Assembly: GCA_951406725.2 (NCBI GenBank)
Contig: OX597832.1
Span: 67,208,001 to 67,272,000 of the forward strand
Source: Octopus vulgaris
Taxonomy: Eukaryota
Reading direction: 5' to 3'
DNA: 64,000 nt
The notes beneath the pieces were generated by a model. The model saw nothing but the letters and a program-made list of their open reading frames with translations, was not told the DNA's origin and did no database searches. Each line of letters opens with the position of its first letter. Position 1 is the first letter of the stretch. Both the position numbers and the translations under genes were made by a program. Positions 29,201 through 40,943 of this stretch are shown in pieces.

Positions 29201-30031
29201 ATACATTCATATACATACATATATAGATATATATATATTCATATACATACGTACATATATATATATACACATACTTACATATACAAACACACACACACAT
29301 ATATATATATGTGTATACATACATACATATACACTGAAACCTATATATTTATGTAAAAAACACAGGCATACCTATATAAATTCGGAGACATACACACATA
29401 CGAAATTATATTTGAGACCGTGTGCTTCTCTAACCGAACACATATTCACTAACAATCTATTGCTGGTACGCATATATGGAATGATACGTTTCAGTTTAAA
29501 CATATATACTGATATACATAATACGTATGTGAATGTTCGTGTGCGTGCGTTTGTGTGTGTGCGCGCGTGTGCGCGCGCGTGTGCGCGTAAGTAAATCATC
29601 TAAATCTTAATTTCTGGTGAAAATATAGTTTGGAGTACAATATTTTTCAAAACTGGCCCGAAGGTCCTAATTTGGACTTTCATTGTTTGAAGACTTGAGG
29701 CAAAATACCAAGTAGTAGTCGTGACTGATATTCTATTCTACGGCAATAAAATGGCTATTTATAATTCGCGTACATCTATTAATCTACGCACATAGGTACA
29801 CACACACATACATACACACATACATATATAAATATGTTTATGTGTGTATGTGTGAAAGTCGAAAACAGAAGCGGGTCAATATAGAAGAAATGTTGTTTAA
29901 GTTAACATTTAAAATGTAGGCAGCGTCTTTGCGTTTCTGGCGTTAGTTTTACACTGGAAAAATTTAGCGAAGATGATTATATTTAGAGTGTAAAAGAGAA
30001 GGGAAAGAAAAATGAAAAGTAAAAACGGAGA

Positions 30032-30071
<40 letters not shown>

Positions 30072-30468
30072 GTAAAAGAATGTGAAAATAGTGAGAGGAG
30101 AGTTAGTCACGGGATATTTAGTGCAGTGTAATGAACAGTGAAATAGAAAAAAGGTTTTGTAACGGTTAAGAAATATTCTGAAAACAATGAAAACAAAATG
30201 GAAGAAAGGAAAAGACAAGGGTCCAATTTTGCAATTGCTGGGGCCTGAAATATACTGGTCAGGCATCCGTTAAGAGGATACGTAATGCAGGGTTGTAGCA
30301 GTGTTAAAAAAGCTCAAAATTGTTGGACTTTATGCAGTTCTTGATTCACTTTGGTTCCTGGGTGGACATACACAACACCATCTCTTCGGTTATCTGGCCA
30401 TCTGAAAAAACGCTATGAAAAAATACCGCTATATAACAGGAAATTACTGTGTTATAATTCCACTACTT

Positions 30469-30628
<160 letters not shown>

Positions 30629-30772
30629 AACTTATAAATAAGGGCAAACGAAAACATTTCTAATGCCAAATATGCCGAAAATTTAACATATTGTCCATTA
30701 CCATATAATGTTTCACAATACGCACGCTACTCGAAAAAAAAAAACAACAGAAATTTCTAAAAAATTCCATTA

Positions 30773-30834
30773 TTACCATATCGGACCGATTTCGGGGTTA
30801 GTTCGTTAAGAACCCTCCCTTCGTCAGTGATAAA
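30773..30834 (-). ncRNA. Type I hammerhead ribozyme
   Basis: ttatca-CTGACGA-aggg..gttc ttaac gaac..cccc-GAAA-tcgg t ccga-TA-tggtaa. Confidence 0.85.
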
Positions 30835-31200
30835 TGTAGCAAAGAAATAAATGAGATACTTACTCATACCCATGGAAGAAGCAAAACACTAAGTCATGAG
30901 CACGATTAAGTACCCCAAATACATCCAAAATAGAAATACACCAGCCCATTCAAGACACGTGCGATGTGAACTGAGGCTCTCACAGAGTGAGAGAGTCCGG
31001 AAGTGAACACTTAAATTTATATTTAATGTAGGATAACATTTTTTTCGAAAAAAATTTTATCAATGGCTAGCATATTAAAAAATACCTTTTTTAGAGTATT
31101 TCTATTCTGGATGTATTTGGGGTACTTAATTGTGCTCATGACTTAGTGTTTTGCTTCTTCCATGGGTATGAGTAAGTATCTCATTTATTTCTTTGCAACA

Positions 31201-31262
31201 TTTATCACTGACGAAGGGAGGGTTCTTAACGAACTAACCCTGAAATCGGTCCGATATGGTAA
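31201..31262 (+). ncRNA. Type I hammerhead ribozyme (canonical core)
   Basis: ttatca-CTGACGA-aggg..gttc ttaac gaac..ccct-GAAA-tcgg t ccga-TA-tggtaa. All three stems pair. Confidence 0.9.
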
Positions 31263-31490
31263 TAATGGAATTTTTTAGAAATTTCTGTCGGTTTTTTTCG
31301 AGTAGCGTGCGTATTGTGAAAAATTATATGGTAATGGAAAATATGTTAAATTTTCGGCATATTTGGCATTAGAAAGTTTTTCGTTTGCCCTTATTTATAA
31401 GTTGTTTAAAATTTTAACCTTTAAATGTATTTTATAATATGCTGGCCATTGATAAAAAATTTTTTCGAAAGAAGTTTTATCGTACATTAA

Positions 31491-31535
<45 letters not shown>

Positions 31536-31574
31536 TATGTGCATGTGTCTCTGTATATCCTTTTATTCTTATGC

Positions 31575-31902
31575 TTGTTTCAATAATTTAACTGCGGCCA
31601 TGCTGGAGTACCACCTTAGTCTTATTCTTTATAAGCCTAGTACTTATTCTATTGGTCTTTTTTGCCGAAAGCTACATTACGGGGACGTAAACACACCAGC
31701 ATCGGTTGACAGGCGATGTTGGGGAACAAACACACACACAAACACACACATATACGACGTGCTTCTTTCAGTTTCCCTCTACCAAATCCACTCACTAGGC
31801 TTTGGTCGGCTCGAGGCCATTGTAAAAGATACTTGCCCAAGTTGTCACGCAATGGGATTGAACCTAGAACCATGTGGCTGTGAAGAAGCTACTTACTACA
31901 CG
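31575..31902 (-). mobile_element. SINE family A
   Basis: Both halves present: 'aagcctagtacttattctat..' and 'cagtttccctctaccaaatccactcac..cttgcccaag'. Confidence 0.8.
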
Positions 31903-32167
31903 CTTATTTCCTTGACGAACTTTAAGCAATTGGACTGTTAATCGACATCTATTTCATCCAAAACGTTCTAAATCAGATTTAATTCAAGAGAAATATTTGA
32001 CGGTTTCGCATACTTATATCCCAGTAATTTTGTAAAACAAGAAATTGTGAAACAAGGTTCGTATGGATGTGCACATAATACATACATGCATTATATACAT
32101 ATATACATACAGACACACATATATATATATATATTTATCAAAATAAAAACATGATGCAGAGGATTTA

Positions 32168-32254
32168 GCGGTACATATGTTTCGGGCCTTTATTAGATGG
32201 TTATATCAATGCATAATTGATGTAAAATGTGTGTCAATAGCCTTCTTCAGCCGC
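32168..32254 (-). ncRNA. Type I hammerhead ribozyme
   Basis: gcgg-CTGAAGA-aggc tattga...tctaata.. gccc-GAAA-catatg-TA-ccgc. About 35 nt from a (TA)n tract. Confidence 0.85.
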
Positions 32255-33558
32255 GTACAATTACTACTTCAAGGACATGAGTTTTACGTTGGAGATGCAA
32301 ATCCTCAGTCGCGTACGACAGGGCGAGGCACCAAAACAAAACAAAATCAAAGAATCCATCCCGTTATTCACTCGATGTATAATGAGGAGGCTGGATGTTG
32401 AGATAGAGAGGGAAGGAGTTGGAGGGGGGTTAATCTTTAGTGAGTTAGGGATCACAAAGAGGGAGGGTAGTAGGTGCAACATGTAGTAAAAGGTAAAAAA
32501 TTACAAAAGAGTAAAATTTTAAAAGATATATAAAAAAATAAGAATATAAAAATGTATCTAAGTATATATATATATAAATATATAAATACACACAGACGTG
32601 AAACAAACATGGGAATATAAATAAATAGAGATAAAGATAAAGAAGCGAAAAATAAAGACGAAAAATGTAAGGATAAAAAAATATATATATATAAAGGGAT
32701 AAAGAAATATAAAGGGATGAAGAAATATAAAGGGGTGAATAACTAAAAGGGTGGTCGGAAGATAACGTAATGTACAGAAAAAGGACATATTCCGGTTGTT
32801 GAAGCCTAAGGATGTAATAGCGAGTGACATAAATTAACTTAATTGTCTGGAGACCAAGTGGATGGTCAATATAGGTTGTCTGGTTTGTGGTTAAATAGTT
32901 TATCTACTTTCTCGTAAATTGTCTGTGTTACTAACGGTCAACATGTACACACGTACACGCATGCATACATATACACATCCACACGTATATATACATACGT
33001 ACTCTCGTGTAAAAATACCGACAGAGATACCTATATACATACGTCCCGCTACGTACAGATACCTAAACCCGCACAAACTAAATACATAAAAGCATATGCG
33101 TTAACACGCCTCTGCAGACGCACTCGTATACATACAAATATATACTCACACGTACATATATTAAGCCTGCACATCTACACACTTATATACGTATATGCGC
33201 ACATACATAAATATCTCAATATACACATACATACGGAAAAAAGCGCATGTAGTTGGGTACAAGAACCCACGCGCATACGTACGTATATACATACACGTAC
33301 ATACACACATACATACACACTCACACACACACTCACACACACGAGGAAGTAAATCCCTATGCATATACACAAAAATATGCATATATGCATATGCACAGAA
33401 ACAGGAATATCTATTCGCATGCCTACGCCCGTGCATGCGCACCTCCATGCACTCGGACGAGGAGGAATTAGAAATGCGCATATAAGTATACATACGCATA
33501 CACATATAACTACACACACACACGCACAAGCACACATACCTATACACGTATAAGTATA

Positions 33559-33622
<64 letters not shown>

Positions 33623-33862
33623 TCACTTGACCGACCAGGCAGTCAGGAGTTGTTAGAGATAGCTGGTCACATTGGGCCTTTCCATTCTTTCAGCCGACAC
33701 ACCCTACTGATCGAAAGGAGGACTGGGGTAACGTGAAATGGAATGCCTTGCTCAAGAGCACAACGCGCCGCCCAGTCAGGGCTTCAAACTCACGAACTAA
33801 AGACTATGAGAGAAGAATTTTATCGTTAGAAATGTGACTGAGGGTGCCGAAGTATCTATATT

Positions 33863-34237
33863 GCTAGAGATAAGTGTTAAACACACTTACTGCTGTAACA
33901 AAAGCCTAATACATACACACTGGCAGGGGAGTTAACCGCCCTATGACCGTCTCTGGAATGACAAGATTGGACTTGTTTTGACTAATCGTAGACATCATGA
34001 ATAGTGAATATTCAAACAGCTTTCGGTTTGGCTGAATCTATCTGCAAGTATATATATTTTTACCATAAAGATTTATGGCTAATTTAGCGAAAAGCTAGAA
34101 ATAAGTGTTAAAGATTCTTAATGCTGTATCAATGCTGTGTCAAGAGTGCAACACACACACACTCACGCATACACACTGACAGGGAAGTTAACAACCCGGT
34201 GATCATTTCTTGAATTACTAGACTAGATTTGTTTTGC
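33863..34237 (+). repeat. Diverged direct duplication (about 120-140 bp units, about 230 bp apart)
   Basis: 'gctaga.ataagtgttaaa..tgctgta..acacactg.caggg.agttaac..ttgttttg' occurs twice. Confidence 0.6.
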
Positions 34238-35260
34238 CTGTGGGTTTGTTCTCTCCCCTCTCGGTGTGTAAATATTGCGTTCTTCTTACAACTTTGAGAG
34301 ACATTTACGAGAAAATAGTGAAAACAACAAAGTAATGCAGGCTGTTGGAATTGTGAATAAATACTTCAGGATCCTGCAGAATTATTTAAGTAATTGTTTT
34401 GAAATGATTGTATTAAAACTGATTGTCAATAATAGAGATATATCTTCTTGACAAGCTGTGGTTTTACAACTACGTGAGAGATTATATCGCTGTTTATCAA
34501 CATTACTATCTTCATTGACCATAGCAAAGAAGATGACACAGCTACAACCTGAATTATGTTATTCCTAACTGTAATCCCTTTTATTCAGAAACCATTAACA
34601 CGCACAAGCATTCATATACACACACAAACATACACGCAAGCACACACACATTATTTTGGCCGGATCAGTCCCACTCTAATTTTAGCTTTGCTTGTTGGTG
34701 AATAACACTTCGGCAAATTGCGACTGGCAACATACCTGAAGTGACTGCACACATGTAAACGAAACTCATGTTAATAACAGATGACACGATCCAAATAAAA
34801 TGTAGTTTTACATTCTTTTTCCTGACAGTCGCAACTTCTAGATCAAACCAGTAAAAGTTAAAAGATTCGTAAATGTAGAGGGAAATAGGTAGGTAGATAT
34901 GCTCACACAAACATACTCACACACACACGTATACACACATACATATATACATACATAGATATACACACATATATATGAGTATGTATATATGTTTAAATAT
35001 ATATGTGTGTGTGTGCGTGTGTGTGTGCGTGTGTGTGTGCGTGTGTGCGTGTATTTATATATGTAAACATTCATACACATATACACAGTGATACACACAT
35101 ATCATAGAAGTCGTGGTATAATTATGTAATGTAAACATTCGTTTTCAGATGAATTGGTAAATAAACTAGTTTATTATAACTTCAATCAATCTACTCATAC
35201 ATTTTGAAATGTAGTTTTAAATCAAATATTTCGGCATAAATATATAAATACATACATATA

Positions 35261-35336
<76 letters not shown>

Positions 35337-35642
35337 TGTGTGTGTTTGTGTGTGTGCTTCTTTTCTATTAAATAGTCATGTAAAGAATTATGTTATTGAC
35401 AAAAACTTGAAATAGTTCAATAGAATTTTTATTGCCTTAAAAGATTAGATTTCCTTTTTGTTATTTTCTTTGCCTTTGAAAGTCGAGATTCCAATTTTTT
35501 TTTTCTTTTTTCAATAATTTCCTGACCTTCCACTGAGCAGAATTCTTTACAGTTAAGAATAGTAAACAACTTTATAGATACTGGTCGAAATATTGGTTTT
35601 CTCTTTCAAAACACTATCAGCAATTTAAAGCATTTAAGGACG

Positions 35643-35711
<69 letters not shown>

Positions 35712-35913
35712 GCATTAATCACAATATTATTTGAGTATTTTTATATTTTTATATTTTTATATTTTTTTAGATACATGAGTTACTTCGAAACTTGTGTCAA
35801 TTTTAAGGCTTCCAAGTCTGGTAAGATAAAAGCAAGGTGACTTCGCTACAAACTGTGCTAAAAGGTCTCTGCTGTAGATAATATGTTCTTTTCTTCTGGC
35901 TGTCATCATGTGT

Positions 35914-36002
<89 letters not shown>

Positions 36003-36209
36003 AAGAAGGGTAGTAATAATTGGTTACTACCAGGTGCCCAGCACAAAAGACGAATTGGTCATAAGACAAAATATTATTCAAAAAGAAAAATATTATTCAT
36101 GTAGTAATACAATTAAGGGCTCCTAAATTAGGATGCCGAGTACTGGGAACCAAAAGGGAGATGAATTTATCGAGAGTGAAAATCAAAAACGTTTACCGAT
36201 AATTTACAC

Positions 36210-36284
36210 CTCGGACTGATCAGTTTCTGCCTCATTCTAGCAAAACAAAGAATATGTTTGCTAAGGCTGGCTTCATCAACGAGT
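36210..36284 (-). ncRNA. Type I hammerhead ribozyme (C3U variant)
   Basis: Mirror copy of 36315-36389. Confidence 0.75.
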
Positions 36285-36314
36285 CGCCTAAATTGAGGCG
36301 ACTCAATTTAGGCG

Positions 36315-36389
36315 ACTCGTTGATGAAGCCAACCTTAGCAAACATATTCTGTGTTTTGCTAGAAAGAGGCAGAAACTGATCAGTCCGAG
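36315..36389 (+). ncRNA. Type I hammerhead ribozyme (C3U variant)
   Basis: ctcg-TTGATGA-a-gcc..tagcaaa...tttgcta..ggc-a-GAAA-ctgatcag-TC-cgag. Palindromic stem III. Confidence 0.75.
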
Positions 36390-36491
36390 GTGTAAAGTTA
36401 TCGGTAAACGTTTTTGATTTTCACTCTCGATAAATTCATCTCCCTTTTGTGTTCCCAGTACTCGGCATCCTAATTTAGGAGCCCTTAATTG

Positions 36492-36577
<86 letters not shown>

Positions 36578-36655
36578 TACGTATATATAAATACATATAT
36601 GCATATATATATAAATATATATGCATGTATGTATGTACGAATGCATATGTGTATG

Positions 36656-36756
<101 letters not shown>

Positions 36757-36876
36757 ATATTTCGGAATGGTCATATTGCCAGTTTAGCCAATAAAAACAC
36801 ACGCACTATATATTTGGTGTTATTTTGCTTCAGTGTTATTTATTTTTTACATTAATCTTAATCTTAATCTTATTTC

Positions 36877-36921
36877 GGCCAGAGTTCTTTCGTCACATTC
36901 CTGTGACCGCATCAGTGGTCC
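36877..36921 (-). ncRNA. Hammerhead-like motif (variant core)
   Basis: Mirror copy of 38090-38134. Confidence 0.55.
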
Positions 36922-37678
36922 TTTGTTTTCTTCTTTCTTTTTTGTGTCTCTCCTTACTAACCTTCAGCCATTTTGTATTTCTATTGTATGTTTTCATTTA
37001 CGCATGCTTATATCTCTATGTGCGTCTATGTTTATTTAGCGTGTGTATGTGGGGGATGCCTGTAATATTTGTATCTTCTGTTTATATACGTTCATGTAAT
37101 TTGTATTTTGTTTTTTGTTGTTGTTTTTGTTTATTCTTATTTTGTTCATGTGTTTACATCCACTTATTATCATTACATATGATTGCATGTATGTATGTAT
37201 AACAACGATACTAGTAATAATAATAATAAATCGAATCGAAAAAAACAGTACTGTACTGTATGTAGATTTAGCCCACAAACAAACTGTTAAGCCAGAAATG
37301 TAGTCTATAGTATAAGATGTATAGAGGGACGATGCAGTAACAAGACAACGACATGCGTAGGGGAAACGGCAAGAAGCATAGGAGAGCGGGTAAATGTACA
37401 TTGGTGACAACTCAAGGAAGGTAAAAGCTCATCGATTCTGTACCAACACGCCGAACTGGAACACGGGAGATCAATCAATAACATAGAAATTAAAATATTG
37501 TCCACACATAGAACAGATGCAACAATTAGACAAATTACAGAAGCTACACACATAATAGAAAATAAACCTAGCCTGAATAGAAAACTAGAATGGAGCACTA
37601 GCACACACCACAACATATGACGATAGAGGATCCCGAAAACATAATAAATACACAGATAAATAAACAAATAGAAATAAA

Positions 37679-37747
<69 letters not shown>

Positions 37748-38089
37748 GTATATATATATATTTTTTTCGATTCGATTTCTTATTATTATTACTAGTATTG
37801 TTGTTATACATACATACATACAAGCATATGTAATGATAATAATAAGTGGATGTAAACACATGATCAATATAAGAATAAACGAAAATAACAACAACAAAAA
37901 CAAAATAGAAATTACATGAACGTATATAAACAGAAGATACAAATATTACAGGCATCCCCCCACATACACACACTAAATAAACATAGACGCACATAGAGAT
38001 ATAAGCATGCGCAAATGAAAACATACAATAGAAATACAAAATGGCTGACGGTTAGTAAGGTGACCCGCAAATAACAAAAAGAAAACAAA

Positions 38090-38134
38090 GGACCACTGAT
38101 GCGGTCACAGGAGTGTGACGAAAGAACTCTGGCC
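38090..38134 (+). ncRNA. Hammerhead-like motif (variant core CUGAUGcg)
   Basis: ggacca-CTGATGCG-gtcac aggagt gtgac-GAAA-gaac-TC-tggcc. A9 is altered in both copies and stem III is minimal. Confidence 0.55.
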
Positions 38135-38309
38135 GAAATAAGATTAAGATTAATGTAAAAAATAAATAACACTGAAGCAAAATAACACCAAATATATAGT
38201 GCGTGTGTTTTTATTGGCTAAACTGGCAATATGACAATTCCGCAATATAAAAATATATGTTTCAACACACGACTTCACATAAAAATTCTTGCACAACAAA
38301 TATTTAAAC

Positions 38310-38360
<51 letters not shown>

Positions 38361-38366
<6 letters not shown>

Positions 38367-38606
38367 GTTGTATACCGTCAATCTAACAAGAACGTGACAG
38401 TAGAGGTACACCACCGCTGTATAGCCCTAGGAGGCATCGAACGCCTCCTGATAGCTTTGACACATTTTTTCCCTGTGTCCTTATATACATACACGAAGGG
38501 GAGACAAACACCCCCGGCCGCCGGAACTGCATCTAGGGACACCGTGTTTCAGGATCATTGTCCTTCATCGGCCTAGAGTAGCAGACACCGGTCAGCTGGT
38601 GATATT
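38361..38606 (-). repeat. Partial copy of 364-nt HHR repeat unit
   Basis: Nearly identical to 40461-40706. Begins directly at a (TA)n tract. Confidence 0.95.
38526..38584 (-). ncRNA. Type I hammerhead ribozyme (U4C variant)
   Basis: ctgc..tctagg-CCGATGA-agga caatga tcct-GAAA-cac g gtg-TC-cctaga.gcag. Predicted cut between 38538 and 38537. Confidence 0.8.
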
Positions 38607-38764
38607 ATATCTTTATTATGGGCACGATGGCCCGAATGCAGAGGGGGCATTACAGGACGGGACGTGGGGTACATAAAGTAAAAATAAAATATGAAATGAA
38701 GATAAATTATGTGTAATGATTTAGATGGAACGGCTTACGAACCCCCCAACTCGCAGTTCCGTTG

Positions 38765-38940
38765 AAAATACAATTTTACATTTTACAGTTACATATATTC
38801 CAGTTCAAAATACAATTTTACATTTTATAATTTTACAATTTACAATTTTACATTTTAACATTACATATATTCCAGTTCAAAATACAATTTTACATTTTAT
38901 AATTTACAATGTTACATGTTATAATTTACAATGTTACATA
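38765..38940. repeat. Imperfect tandem repeats of a 'ttttaca'-like 7-mer in the 3' UTR of the ORF1-like element
   Basis: 'aaaatacaattttacattt' occurs three times and 'ttacatatattccagttc' twice. Confidence 0.8.
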
Positions 38941-40221
38941 ATACGTTAAATAAACCTGATCAAACATACTTTTCAATTTAGTAAATGTTCCTTTATCTAC
39001 AACTATCCCTTTCACATCGTCATCATGCAGTTTTGGGTGTAATTTATCCCTAATTAATCCTTTCCTACCTGCAAGTCTTTTTTCCACTTCTGTGTCTTTC
39101 ACGTATAACATGAGTACTTTCAGGTATTTTCCTACAGGTCTTTTTCCCTTCTTACAAGCATCCAACTGTTCTCTCACTTTTTTCTCCATTCTAGGTTTAC
39201 CTCTGTCTTTGTCTGTTCGTCCTTTTCTTTGCACGTTCTCTCTTCTTTTTCTTCTGTTATCTTGCTTTTGATTTTTTTTCTTTTTTACAACTTTCGGTGA
39301 TGATTCCACCCTTGTTCTCTTCCTATCTTCTGTTCTTTCATCCTCTGCACTTGCACGTTCTTCTTCCATATCCTCAATTAGCTGCTCCTCCGTTTGTGCC
39401 TCCACTGCTTTCGTTTCCTCCTGCACTTCTTCCTCCTCCACACACATATCTTTCCACTCCTTCGTTACAGCCTCCGGTGTTATCGTTTTCTCCAGCGGGA
39501 ACACATCCTTCATGTGGCCTCTGAATTTGCAATTATAACAAACTGGAGGTCTTCCCTCTACCACGACTCTAAGCCGTGTCTCATCAGGGAAGACCAACTC
39601 CTCCGGGATGTTGTATAGGTCTGCCACGGTTATATGTGCCAGAACCTGTACCGCATATCCCCACCACTTAACTTCTGTTGACTTTTCCACCTTCACCACC
39701 TCCACACTTTCCTTGCAGTTGAAAACTACTGCCGCTAATATCCTCTCCATGTTAAGTTCAGGCGAAATCCTACTAATTCTTATTCTGACAGCCCTCTTTC
39801 CGCAGTAACTAGGTAATAAAGTCCAACTTTCCGATTTCAGAATTTTTGTCGCATTCTTTCTTGCTTCATTTTCATTTTTAAAGTGTACCACCACTGTGGC
39901 ATATTTCCTTCCTCTGTTGAAAAAGGTAGGTTCACCCTCAATTCCTTGCAGACATTTCTCTATTTCTTCCGTCTCTGCTACTTCTATTTTTCTTGACGCC
40001 ACACACCATGTCCTGTATGTTATCATACGTTTCTCCGCATTGTTTTCTTCTTCTTCGGACGGTGTGACTCTCACGCAGTCACCCCCCTCTTCAAACTGTC
40101 GAAATATTTTTCTAAAGTTTTCTGTTCGACTACCACTTCTTCCATTTCTAGTTCTCTCGCAACCAGGCCTCTGCCTGCTGCTCTCGCATAAGTCTGGTCT
40201 TGCATTTTCAAAAATCTCCAA
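38926..40221 (-). CDS. LINE ORF1/gag-like nucleic-acid-binding protein (RRM-like region, zinc knuckle, acidic then basic tail)
   Basis: The only long non-repetitive ORF (431 codons). 'LRVVVEGRPPVCYNCKFRGHMKDVFP' is CX2CX4HX4(F), and the F codon TTC is one substitution from TGC. 'YATVVVHFKNENEARK' is RRM-like. The track's start is TTG. The likely true start is ATG at 40205 in an overlapping frame. Confidence 0.75.
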   Translation of the reverse strand: MEIFENARPDLCESSRQRPGCERTRNGRSGSRTENFRKIFRQFEEGGDCVRVTPSEEEENNAEKRMITYRTWCVASRKIEVAETEEIEKCLQGIEGEPTFFNRGRKYATVVVHFKNENEARKNATKILKSESWTLLPSYCGKRAVRIRISRISPELNMERILAAVVFNCKESVEVVKVEKSTEVKWWGYAVQVLAHITVADLYNIPEELVFPDETRLRVVVEGRPPVCYNCKFRGHMKDVFPLEKTITPEAVTKEWKDMCVEEEEVQEETKAVEAQTEEQLIEDMEEERASAEDERTEDRKRTRVESSPKVVKKKKNQKQDNRRKRRENVQRKGRTDKDRGKPRMEKKVREQLDACKKGKRPVGKYLKVLMLYVKDTEVEKRLAGRKGLIRDKLHPKLHDDDVKGIVVDKGTFTKLKSMFDQVYLTYYVTL

Positions 40222-40325
40222 ATAAATTTCACCACGTCCTCCAGCAACGAACTCGAACTCACAACCTCTTCACAATGACGCACTCGAAACCAACACACCA
40301 GAATAACGACTCCAAAAAAAAAATA

Positions 40326-40769
40326 GGTCGGCTGGTGATATTTGCCTCGACTTCGTAATTGTATATATGTAAACTCAGTGAAGTCTATTCACTGATTATC
40401 AAAATAAGAAATATTGAATTTCTAAATCTCTCGTAGAGACATGTACGGTGGTGGGGTGATAGAATGGTTGTATACTGTCAATCTAACAAGAACGTGACAG
40501 TAGGAGGTACACCACCGCTGTATAGCCCTAGGAAGCATCGAACGACTCCTGATAGATTTGACACATTTTCCCTGTGTCCTTATATACATATACGAAGGGG
40601 AGACAAACACCCCCCGGCCGCCGGAACTGCATCTAGGGACACTGTGTTTCAGGATCATTGTCCTTCATCGGCCTAGAGTAGCAGACACCGGTCAGCTGGT
40701 GATATTTGCCTCGACTTCCTAATTGTATATATGTAAACTCAGTGAAGTCTATTTACTGATTATCAAAAT
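40326..40769 (-). repeat. 364-nt HHR repeat unit plus 80-nt tandem overlap
   Basis: 40326-40405 recurs at 40690-40769, giving a period of 364. Confidence 0.95.
40626..40684 (-). ncRNA. Type I hammerhead ribozyme (U4C variant)
   Basis: Same as 38526-38584 except stem III cac-a-gtg. Predicted cut between 40638 and 40637. Confidence 0.8.
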
Positions 40770-40771
40770 CA

Positions 40772-40873
40772 GTACCCCCTACTGTCACGTTCTTGTTAGA
40801 TTGACAGTATACAACCCTTCTATCGCCCCACCACCGTACATGTCTCTACGAGAGATTTAGAAATTCAATATTT

Positions 40874-40877
<4 letters not shown>
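40772..40877 (+). repeat. Inverted partial copy of the HHR repeat unit
   Basis: Reverse complement of about 40405-40510. Runs directly into (TA)n. Confidence 0.9.

Positions 40878-40943
<66 letters not shown>

Larger units (their letters stand above)
36102..36499. repeat. Near-perfect palindrome of about 400 bp with 4-nt centre (gcga, 36298-36301)
   Basis: Arms 36102-36297 and 36302-36499 are reverse complements with few mismatches. Abuts (TA)n. Confidence 0.95.
38607..40325 (-). mobile_element. ORF1-only (non-autonomous LINE-like) insertion with 17-bp flanking duplication
   Basis: Flanked by ggtcagctggtgatatt (38590-38606) and ggtcggctggtgatatt (40326-40342). The 3' end has hairpin gggc-catcgt-gccc followed by AATAAAGAT. 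No RT or endonuclease coding room. Confidence 0.75.

Noticed and set aside
37305-38039. 244-aa hydrophobic ORF
   Set aside because: Runs through an inverted-repeat arm and a TA tract. Low complexity with no recognisable domain.
38765-38940. CRISPR-like repeat array
   Set aside because: Irregular AT-rich tandem repeats without unique spacers, in eukaryotic context with no cas genes.
38361-40769. LTR retrotransposon interpretation of the direct repeats around the gag-like ORF
   Set aside because: No TG..CA termini, PBS or PPT seen. The repeats are permuted tandem HHR units and the insert has its own 17-bp duplication.
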